From Takakia lepidozioides (taxonomy: Eukaryota > Plantae > Bryophyta), in assembly GCA_030704615.1 (NCBI GenBank), contig CM060732.1:48794001-48858000 (forward strand): a stretch of 64,000 nucleotides of DNA. The letters run 5' to 3'. A program made the position numbers and the translations under genes. Below, one piece after another: positions 41,350 through 51,505 of this stretch (the stretch's first letter is position 1; each line of letters opens with the position of its first letter). The notes beneath the pieces were generated by a model. That model was given only the letters and a program-made list of their open reading frames with translations, searched no databases and was not told the origin of the DNA.

Positions 41350-41380
<31 letters not shown>

Positions 41381-42560
41381 ATGCGGGAGAGCAAGCCAGA
41401 GTACTCGTGCCCGGTGACTCTACCTCCCAAGAAGGATGGGTCCAAAAGATTCTGTGGGGATTATCGCCCACTGAATAATCTGACCAGGAGGGACTCTTAT
41501 CCCATGCCCTTGATACAAGATCTCAATAGTCTTGGTAATGTTGCCTGGTTTTCTGCTTTGGACTTGCAGAGTGGATTTTGGCAGATCAAAATGAATGAGG
41601 ATGATGTGAAGAAGACTGCGGTCATAACAAAAAGGGGTTTGTACGAATGGATGGTCATGCCATTTGGCTTAAAAAATGCCACCGCCACATTCTAGCGGGC
41701 CATGAATACCATCCTGGCCGTGGAAATTGGAAAGTGTGCAAAGGTCTTTGTGGATGATGTTAATGTTCACAGTCTGGATTGGGACACGCACCTGCAACAT
41801 TTGGCTCGAGTCTTTGAGAGGTTGCAGGCTGCCAACCTACGTCTGAACCCAGACAAATGTACTTTTGGTAATGAGGAGTTGGTTTTCTTGGGTCATGTGG
41901 TGTCTGCTGAGGGAGTCAGGCCTGACCCAAGATTGTTGCAATTCAGGCCTTTCCCATCCCGAAGGACCCCACGGGGGTGAGGGTGTTTGTGGGGATGTCT
42001 GGTTATTATCGAATTTATGTGCAAGGTTTTGCTATGATATGTGTGCCCTTGTTCAATTTGACCAGGAAGGACGTCCCCTTTAAATGGTCAGCTGAGGCTC
42101 AGAATGCTTTTGAAGCTCTGCGTTTGAAACTGCTCCTGTTTTGGCTAGACCTGACTTTCTAGACCTTTCATCCTTGATGTGGACTGGTCCAACAAAGGGG
42201 TAGGAGCCATCCTGTCACAGAAATATCAATGGCGGGAGCATGTGATTGCATATGCGAGCAAAGTCCTTTCAGATGCTCAACAGACGCACCATCCTATGGA
42301 AGGTGAGTGTCACGCCCTTGTGTGGGGAGTTATTCACTTCCGGCAGTACCTTTATGGCACTCCCTTCATAATCAGGACTGATCACAAGCCCCTTGAATGG
42401 CTTGCTACCGTCAGTGATGCCTATGGTAGGCGAGGGAGATGGATAATGATGCTTCAAGATTTTGATTTTAAGATTGTTCATAGGGCCGGATCCAAACACT
42501 CCAATGTTGATGCATTGAGTCGGTACCTTGTGGGACCAGCGGAGGAAACTGAAAAGCTGG
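41381..42560 (+). pseudogene. Gypsy A reverse transcriptase and RNase H
   Basis: KKDGSKRFCGDYRPLN, FSALDLQSGFWQI, MPFGLKNA, VFVDDVNV, DWSNKGVGAIL, EGECHALVWG, RTDHKPLEWL, with frameshifts and stops. Confidence 0.92.
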
Positions 42561-43949
42561 AAATCAACAGTGTTGCTTTGTGCAGGCCAGGGACAAAGGG
42601 TGAGGGCTCAAAGGTTTCTTTCTTCTTGAGATAGTGAATTCCATAGGGGATGCCCATGCTAGATTGTATTGGTGTGGAGGGGAAGGGAATAGGCTGGAGT
42701 CTCAAGTTTCCAGAGAAGTGTCATGCGATTTAGATCCAGGCAGTCTTGCTTCTAAGAGGGAAGAGTATCACATTTGTGTTTGGGCATTTTGGCATTTTAG
42801 GAAGCAGCTGGTGGGGCAGCATTTTTATGTGCGTACTGACTTGGATCCATAATGGTGGCTCTGGTTAGAGCACCACAAGGGAAGTAACAGTCTGGAGGAC
42901 TTTTCATTTGAATTTATAGAGGCTGATGTGAGTGAAAGGCACCTTGAGAGAGGTGTCACTAACAAGGAAATCTTGAAGAAACCGGGTACCCTTGAGGGCT
43001 ATGCCCAAAATGAAGTGAAGAAAGTGAGTTTTGATGACTGTGAAGTACTGTAGAACATAGTGTTGTGAGTGATTGTGAGGAATCTGTAAGTGAGAGTTAT
43101 CTGGCAGGAAATCCCAAGCGCAGGGATGTGCAAATGGTACCGCATGGAGAGAGAGCGGAATTGATTAGTGGGTTAATGACATCTGTGGGACACGAGCTAT
43201 ATCTCGAGCAGCCAAGGGTAGCTGCAACAGAGAATTGGGTAGGATGTGGTATTGGACTGCCTTCTGTTAACATGGTTGATACAGGATGGCATGAACAAAG
43301 GGGCTGGACAGATGGTGTGGGGCACATTTTGGATGGTGCAAGTGCACCCACTGCAGCAGCAATCAGCCCTGATGTGCGCCCTGCACTGGAGGAGCAATCT
43401 GTATTATATGAGGTGCAGTCAGCTGTTTACTTAAGGGCTACACCAGCGTCACAGGAAGTGAAGGCATGCGCTGAAAGGATAATTCACCATACACAGCACA
43501 GTGTTGTCAAACCGGATGAGATGGGGGGCAAGGGAAAACATAGGGACAATGGATGCATAATATCTTCCCACAATGGCTTGACACCAGCAATAAGTGATGA
43601 CCAAGGGCTGGGAAACGTATCAGCCCTATCAGAGGGGCAGCACCATGCTAGAGTGAATGAGAGATCATGTTTAAGAGAAGAATCAGGGATGAGTCGCCGA
43701 ATCTGCAAACACTGCAGCAGTGAAAGAGGGCATCTACGAGAAGCCTGTTCGCTGCCATTATTGGGCCATGTTGCCAGCTTTGAGTCATGGATGGAGTCTC
43801 TGCATCGGGGGCGGCAAGATCTGAGAAAGGGTTCAGTGCATGGAGAAAATCAGTGTCTGGAGGATGATGGAAACATGACATGAGTACCTCTATCTGCAGA
43901 TCAAGTGAACCAAACAGGAGCTCATGAAGATGCTATGGACAGCCTCTTT

Positions 43950-44320
43950 CGGCACATGATGGTGGACATTGCAGGTCCATTCCCAGCAACAAGGCAAGGG
44001 AACAGATTTATATTTGTGGCTGTTGATCCACATTCAGGCAGTGTGGAGACCAGCCCCCTTGCAGAACGCTTGCATCAGTCGTTGCCTCAGGGAGGTAATG
44101 ATCTTACGTTACGGATGCCCTGAAGTGATTCTCTCCAGTGACGATGAAGAGTGGGGCGAGAGTTTTGCTAACACATGCAGGCATTATGGAATTCAGCACG
44201 AGCGCATAAACCCCGTGTTGGACGACAGAGGCTGTGTGGTTGTCCTGGCGAGCAGAGGCAAAACCACGCAGACAGGAATTGCGAAGTGGACCTGCAAGAG
44301 CGCCGTCCCAATTCTGAAGA
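43950..44320 (+). pseudogene. Gypsy A integrase remnant
   Basis: VDIAGPFP.T.QGNRFIFVAVD..., ILRYGCPEVILS..., CRHYGIQHE. Confidence 0.7.
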
Positions 44321-44789
44321 AGTCAAGGACGAGAACATGACTGAACACAAACCAGAGATCAGATTAGAAGTACAAGACTAGACAAGAAGTCAAGGCCGGC
44401 GTGGCCGAATGCATGATGAGTAAATAGGAATCAAGACGATCTTTATAACAATGAACTGTTGTTGGCGAGACTGAAGAGTGTCCAGTCTCGCCTCCTATAT
44501 ATACTGACTACTTAGAAGCTTCCCTAAGAAGCTTCCCCTATGGAGGTTTCTTGCTGGAGAAGTTTCCAAGATTAAACAAAGGTTTCTTGATGGAGAAGCT
44601 TCCTTAAACAAATGAGGTATCTTGATGGAGAAGTTTCATCCAAAAGAAGCTTCCTAAGCAGTTTCCCAAGTTACTCTTGGTAATTTGATAAACTCCCGGT
44701 AACTTGATAAGTAATGGTAAATCATGGTAGATCATGGTAAATCATGGTAAGTCATGGTAATTTTCGGTAACATGGTAACTTGGTAACTT
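44321..44789 (-). repeat. 3' LTR of element B (truncated, internally deleted)
   Basis: Homologous to 49442-50037; lacks the ~49575-49710 segment and abuts truncated integrase sequence. Confidence 0.85.
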
Positions 44790-46980
44790 CTGTGTAGACA
44801 AACTCAGCTAATGACAGAAGGTCCGTTCAATTATCTTGGTGATAATTTATCGTACAACGAAGATATTGCTCCAAAATCTGATTTACGAGTTCGGTTTGAC
44901 CATCAGTCTGTGGATGATTAGCTCTAGAGAGGTTGATCTTAGTATCCAATATGTGAAATAATCCCGTCCAAAAATTCGATATGAACTGTGGTCCCCGATC
45001 AGATACGATGTCCTTCGGGAGTCCATGAATGCGGCAGATATTATTGAGGAAGAGTCTTGCAGTTTCCTCGCCAGTAACCGTCTTATTACATGGAATGAAA
45101 TTTGTCATCTTCGTAAAACGATCCACAATAACAAAGATTGAGTCGGTGGTCTTGGAAATTGGAAGGTCTGTAATAAAGTCCATAGACAATGACGACCATG
45201 GACCCTTGGGAATGGGTAATGGTTGAAGAAGGCCGTAAAATCGATGTCGTGGTCCATTTGCCCTAGCACAAGTATCACAAGATTCTACAAATTCTTTCAC
45301 GGGTTTCCATATATGCGGCCACCAATAGTTCCTGGATATCAATTCCATTGTTTTGTTGAAGCCGAAATGTCCTACAGCCGGAAGATCATGACATGTTTGA
45401 AGAACTCGAAGTCGTGTAGGTCCTGGAGGTACGTAAAGAAGTCCCTTGAAATAAAGTAAGTCATCTTTGAATTCGAAGTCGTTTGTAACATGTGGGTTAT
45501 CTCGAGGTTGATTTAGTTGACTTTGTAGTGTCGTGGCAAATTGGTCGCTCTTCAGTGCTTTTTGAATCTCCTTTATGATCTCTACATCATTATAAGTGGA
45601 CATGGATAACATATTCAATTGGAGATTTGTTGGTTTCAAGATGATGGATTTCTGTTGGTCAAAAGCTGCATCCCATTCTTTTGGCGCAAGATACGATCGT
45701 CGAGAAAGAGCATCTGGTTTTCCTTGAAGATGTCCGGGACGATAGGTAATAACAAAATCAAACCTTGCTAGTGACATACTCTATCTTGCTTGACGTCAAT
45801 TCAAAACACGATTACTCATAAAATACTTGAGGTTTTTGTGATCGATATAGATAGTGACCTGATGTTTAGCTCACTCCAATAGATGACACCACTCCTCAAA
45901 AGCATCGATAATCGCTAGAAGTTCTTTGTCATGGATTTCGTAATTAATCTCCGTAGCGAAAAATTTGCGACAACGAAAACCAACAGGGTGAAGTCGGCCA
46001 TCTGTACCGTATTGAGAAAGTACCGCGCCAAGTGCAAAGTTCGATGCATCTGCTTCCAAAAAGAATGGTTTAGATGGGTCTGCATGTACCAGTATTGGAG
46101 CCGTTGTAAATGCCTAATTCAGCCTTTCAAATGCTTGGTCAGTCTTCTCGTCCCATACAAATTTGTCCTTCTCTGTGAGTCGTATCAATGGTGCAGCAAT
46201 TTTGGAGTAGTCATTGATGAAGATTCTATAGAAATTCGCAAATCCTAGAAAACAGTATACATCTCGGACCGAAGTTGGTTTAATCCACTCGATGATGGTT
46301 TGTATTTTCTTCTGATCCGTAAAGACTCATTTGTCGGAAATAATGTAACCCAAAAATTCGACTTCAGATTGGTGGAAAAGACATTTTTTCAACTTGGCAT
46401 ATAGTCTTTTTTCCCTCAATTTATCCAGGACAAGGCGTACATGACGACCATGTTCTTCTTCATTCTCTGAAAATATCAAAATGTCGTCCAAATAGATGAC
46501 TACAAAGTCATATAAAAATTCTCGAAAGATGTCATTCATCACGTGTTGAAAAATTGCTGGAGCATTTGTAAGACCGAAAAGCGTAACACTGTATTCGAAA
46601 TGTCGGTACCTTGTGCGAAAAACAGTCTTCCATTCGTCTCATTTTTTTTATTTGTACAAGGTTGTAAGCTCATCCTCTCAAGTCGATCTTTGTGAAAAAA
46701 TTTGCTCGTCCAAGTTGTTCGAGGAGTCCGAAAATCAGCGGTAGTGGGTAACGATTTTTTATAGTGACTTTATTGAGCCCACGATAGTCCACACACATGC
46801 GTAGATCCGTCTTTCTTCTTCACAAATAAGATAGGTGCTCCCGCGGGTGATTTCGAATGTCGAATGAAATTCTTTGATAAATTTTCATCAATGTATTCGC
46901 GTAAAGCAGCTCCGTCTGAGATAAATTGTAGATTGAGCCGAATGGTGGTTGAGCTCCTTATTGCAACTCAATTGCACAAT
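44790..46980 (-). pseudogene. Element B pol: RT, RNase H and integrase
   Basis: [74 protein letters not shown]; multiple stops. Confidence 0.92.
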
Positions 46981-46990
46981 CATAAGCTCG

Positions 46991-47748
46991 GGGTGATTGC
47001 AGCCTACAATGTCCATTTTTTGACGTAAATGCGTCATTTTTCCTGTATATAGTTTGTTGGTTTTGATCTATAATCTTATATTTCTATGAAATTTCTTAAA
47101 AGAGACTCACAACATTGTACCTATCTACATGTAGTATCTACCTTCTCAGACTTGCCGCCAAAAACCGTATCTCTAGAAGTGATGGACTTTATGAAAAGTC
47201 CATAAGCTTTTGTTACAGTCCATACAAAACTTGTTATGGACTCATTATCTGTTAGATTTTGTAACATAATTGGAATAAGGGACTTGGCCCTCCCTTGCTA
47301 TTATGATAAAGAATCTAGTGTGAGAGTTTTGTAACATTTTTACTCATTAAACTAAATTTTATGTACTTTATAACCTCCAATAACATCCATTTTCATAAAA
47401 TCCTTTACAATATGAAAACCAAAATACCCCATGAACTGTCTTCATTAAATACAACCATTTATTATAGATGAAGGGTGGCCCAAGGTCAAATTTTCAAAAA
47501 CATGTACTTTTGTGATTATGGTCAAGTTTGGATTATGTCATCGACAACACATGACGACATATATCCTCTATAACATCTTTCTTTTTCCCATTTGAAATGA
47601 CAGTATCCCAACAATAGACATTCCACATGATGTAGTGCAAGTGAATCCATGTTTTGGTTTTTTTTCACGATTTTTGTTTTTTCATCTTATGTACTTTTAT
47701 GTAGGCCACATCTTCAACTTTTTGGTCCACTCTTCGTTGCAACTACCC
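46991..47748. mobile_element. AT-rich non-autonomous TIR element inserted in element B pol
   Basis: Termini GGGTGATTGCA / TGCAACTACCC (9 of 11 inverted match), flanks ctcg / gtcg. Removal restores the LPEHR-(P)YDCAIEL reading. Confidence 0.8.
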
Positions 47749-47749
47749 G

Positions 47750-49403
47750 TCGATGTTCTGGCAACATGTCTGCATTTTTCTTCTCATCCTTGAAATCTTG
47801 ATATTGAGTGGGTAATGTCGAAGTACCTTGGTCTGTTTGTGTTTTGATCGGAGTCGCATAAAGTGCAAATGTCGCGTCTTTCTTCGTAGCTCTCATGAAG
47901 GCTCTAGGTCCAAGAAACAGCTTTGATTTTTTTGCATTGTTGTCTTGCCGAAATTTTTCGTGATCGCTAGTCGATGTCAGGATTATGAAGTACAAATTAG
48001 GGAAGTCCAAGGATCACAAGATTCGTTGAAGACTGGATGACATTGAAAACAATCTATGATGCTTGATTTTTAAGCTTCATTTCAAGGGGTCGAGTTTCAT
48101 GGTCAATATTTCCTGATGCTAATGGTCGTCCATCGATGACTTCAACAGGGGCCGAGAATTTCTTTCTTACGAGCGTTAAATTGTGTTGCTTCGCAAAATC
48201 TTTGTCAATAAAACATGCTAAAGCGCCCGAGTCCAAAAGTGCTTCTACGAAGATATCTCGATTTTGCATCATGATCTTTACTGGAACTGTGAAACAAGGT
48301 ACAGGGTCTGGAGGTAAACAAAGACATTTTTTTTGTGAGGAATTTGGGGTGTCCAGCCGCATGGTCCCTGCTGTGACTGGACATCTTCGTTTTCCGACCT
48401 CCTCGTATCGAACACTTGAGTTGTGCCCCGAGCTTTGAATCTTCTTTTGTTATGACAGTTTAATGTCATGCGATCATCTTCTCCGCAATAAAGGCGTAAT
48501 TTATTCGAGCGATATCTTTGTTTTTCTTGTGGCGTCAATGGCTTGAATCGGACAACATCAATCTGCATATGATCATTACCGGATGTCTGATGGATCGTTG
48601 TGTTTAGCAGCGGCATGGTGCGTCGTCGACCATCCAGATCACTTCTCTTGATGTCTTTCGAACAAACGATTATCGTATGCAATGACTTAGGTGATGAATT
48701 CGCTCAGTGTACTAACGTTTGACATTGTCAGCAACAAATATTTTACATTTTCTTTTAGGCCACATCGCAACTGACTAATGAGGCTCTTCTTATTCCAGTC
48801 GAGGTCGCACGCAAGTTGTCGAAATTCGGCAGCATAAACGGAAGCTGGATGTGCTCCTTGTCGAAGATTTCGCATCTTTGTCTCTGCAACTCTCTTTCTA
48901 TCATTCTCTCCAAACGTTGCAGTGAACTCGGACATGAACGCTTCAAAATTATATAGTAAATGCGAATTTTTCTCTAATAGCGGTGCAAACCAAGATAGGG
49001 CAATGCCTGATAGAAGGGTGCCCACGAATCTCACTTGAATGCCTTCATTAGGGTAGCATTGTGGATGTAGTCGTAGGAACAATCGTACTTGTTGAACAAA
49101 ACCGCGAAATCTTGATCTCTTCCCATTAAATTTCTCGGGCATATTGACCTTTGGTTCCCTTGTAATCTGTTGAAGATTTGGAGGAACTGTTGCACTAGGA
49201 TTTGTTGTAGTAGTGACTCGTAAGATTGAAGATCCCTTGTTCGACTCCTTCAACTTTGAAATTTGTTGTTGCAAATTGTTGAGAGCGTTGCCAAGATCTT
49301 GAGACTGGTCAGCTTGTAGTTGGGCAATAGAGGCACGAAGTTCTTGCATCTGGAGCTGAAAACTCTGCAATGTGGCGATCATTTCCACAAATATGCCTTT
49401 CAT
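47750..49403 (-). pseudogene. Element B gag and protease
   Basis: EPKVNMPEKFNGKRSRFRGFVQQ..LRQG..SVYAAEFRQLA (Retrotrans_gag, PEG10/sushi-like), a decayed knuckle LYCGEDDRMTLNC and protease ALLDSGA. Confidence 0.9.
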
Positions 49404-49441
49404 CTTAACTAACTAATGAACAAACTTCAGTCTCGCCAAAT

Positions 49442-50131
49442 TGTCAAGGACGAGAACATGACTGAACACAAACCAGAGATCAGATTAGAAGTACAAGACT
49501 AGACAAGAAGTCAAGGCCGGCGTGGCCGAATGCATGATAAGTAAATAGGAATCAAGACGATCTTTATAACAATAAACAAGAATACAAGATATTGGAACAC
49601 GACTTGAATACTGGAAATGCTGGAAACTGGACTGGAGTACCAAATATTGGAAACTGGGCTAGAGTACTGGGAACTGGATTGGAGTACTGGAACTGGGAAT
49701 AAGAGTAGTTTGAACTGGTGTTGGCGAGACTGAAGAGTGTCCAGTCTTGCCTCCTATATCTGGCTACTAAGAAGCTTCCCTAAGAAGCTTCCCCTTTGGA
49801 GGTTCCTTGCTGGAGAAGTTTCCAAGATTAAACAAAGGTTTCTTGATGGAGAAACTTCCTTAAACAAAAGAAGTATCTTGATGGAGAAGTTTCCTAAAAA
49901 TGAAGCTTCCTAAGCAGTTTTCAAGTTACTATTGATAATTTGGTAAACTCCCGATAACTTGATAAATAATGATAGATCATGATATATTACGGTAAATCAT
50001 GATAACTTTCGGTAACATGGTAACCTGGTAACTTCTGGTATTTACTCCTGGTAAGTTCTTCTGGGCAGAGTGGAGCGTTGCTTGTTATCACTATGTATCA
50101 GCTACAGCTACAATAGATTTATCAGCTGACA
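49442..50131 (-). repeat. 5' LTR of element B
   Basis: Begins TGTCA at 49442; candidate other end TGACA at 50127-50131 (uncertain). Contains short ACTGG and GGTAA repeats. Confidence 0.75.
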
Positions 50132-50339
50132 TACAGGTCGAATGAGTGGGTTTTTTAGTGGGTTATTAGTTCTTGATTAAGTAACTAATTACTTGATCAA
50201 GAAGGCTCATCAAGAAGCCTACCATATGTTGTAGCAGAAATACATCCAATATTCCCACTGGAGCGTTGGGGGTAGGGCAGTCTTCTTCCACAAAAACAGC
50301 TGTCAAGCTTAGGAGACCACAAGACCACAGGAGACCACA

Positions 50340-50440
50340 CATACGATTGATACTTCTCGGTGGGAAGTGGCTTCGTCAATACATCAGCAATCTGATCTTC
50401 AGTCTTGTCATACAGCACGTGCACCTCCTCAATCAGCTGG
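50340..50440 (-). pseudogene. Ty1/Copia RNase H C-terminal fragment
   Basis: VHVLYDKTEDQIADVLTKPLP matches the Copia QxADxLTKPL motif. Confidence 0.7.
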
Positions 50441-51505
50441 AGAGCTAATGAATGCAAGAAGCTATCATGTCCGGACACCAAGAGCCTCAATGTGCATGGC
50501 TGCTCTTAGTAGGAGTCCATGTCAGTTTTAGTCTAAATGAAATCCTTATCTGTTACATGCTAATCTACGGAGTAAACAGAGAATAAAAAACGACGGAAAC
50601 TCGTGCAGTCCATGAGTTGGTTGAGGAACTGGGACGTACTTGATCTCCGACGGTCCCAAAGCGTTCAGAAGAAACAAAAGACACCGTAACCTGAGACAAT
50701 TCCACCCCCGTACGCGTTCAAGACTTAGTTGGAGATAACCAGACAATGCCCGAGAACTCAGATACCCCGCGCTCCTTGCGAAGATTTGGAATCAAAACTT
50801 AGTAGTCGCTGATACTTATACAAGTGAGCTACATGGAAGTAAGACATCCACATTGGATGAACATACGTATCATCTGTGGACAGTCTAAGAAAGGAGAGGT
50901 GAGCAGCACGTCGTCACTTTGATCACACACCATATCACAGGGACTAGAGTTGTTGGCCGAGGTAACGGCACCTGCACAGTGCGCTGCTTGCTCTCCTCTC
51001 GCGTACAAATTTATTGGATCTGCCTCACTCTTTCGTTCCTCACCTTCTGTAGACCTCTTTTCTCCATGCAGCTTAGGCACTCACGAGCGTGCATGTGAGG
51101 AGGTCTTTGCAGGGTGCTCCCTTTCAACGTCAGGACGAGATGTTTGTAATATCTCTCTTCCCTCCCGCCTGTATGAGTCCTGATCGTATCACATAGCCTT
51201 GAGGGTGCCGGGAAAGAAGTTCATTCAGACGTCCAGTTAGAACGCAGAGTCATGTGCACATGTGCATGAATGAGTGCGGGAGAGAAAGAAAGAAAGAAAG
51301 AAAAGAAACAAGAGCTTCTAACGCATATAAACTCAATACCCTCATACCCTCGTGGACTTGCTTCAAGAAACAGGGTGCCCTGCCCAGGTCCATCACTTGT
51401 TCGCATAGCGGGCGGTCGATGCTGGGGCTGTGACTGATCTTCTTGAGGTTGATAGCTATTTATCTCTCAAAAATTTGAATCGTCGTGTGATGACGGAGGC
51501 TGCAG

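Larger units (their letters stand above)
29155..41380. mobile_element. 12.2-kb non-TIR DNA transposon (Mutator/MULE-like DDE) carrying a ParB-methyltransferase-like cargo gene and a palindromic array
   Basis: Flanked by ATGTGGGA (29147-29154) and ATGCGGGA (41381-41388). Removing it restores the host pol reading QIEALILQGK-MRESKPEYSCPV. Ends are TAGCGTAGCTA... and ...AATAGCA(C)30, with GTGAGCC/GGCTCAC clusters at both ends. Confidence 0.9.
26367..44320 (+). mobile_element. Degenerate Ty3/Gypsy LTR retrotransposon A (host of the nested 12.2-kb insertion)
   Basis: PBS at 26542, gag with CCHC knuckle, protease, RT (CGDYRPLN, LDLQSGFWQI, MPFGLKNA, FVDD), RNase H and integrase remnants in Gypsy order. 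Boundaries are approximate. Confidence 0.85.
44321..50131 (-). mobile_element. Ty3/Gypsy chromovirus-like (Tcn1/Tf1-type) LTR retrotransposon B
   Basis: LTR copies at 44321-~44789 and 49442-~50131 share gtcaaggacgagaacatgactgaacac... They enclose gag, protease, RT, RNase H and integrase on the minus strand. No TSD found. Confidence 0.92.

Noticed and set aside
41240-41695. Poly-proline N-terminal extension on RT
   Set aside because: It is the translation of the transposon's (C)30 terminus abutting the interrupted RT.
44791-44816. TGACA at 44812-44816 as the LTR boundary
   Set aside because: This stretch translates as integrase (DLLSLAEFVY) and is absent from the other LTR.
45521-45530. CTTTGTAGTG as the partner end of the CACTA terminus at 6406
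   Set aside because: It lies inside Gypsy pol coding sequence and lacks subterminal repeats.
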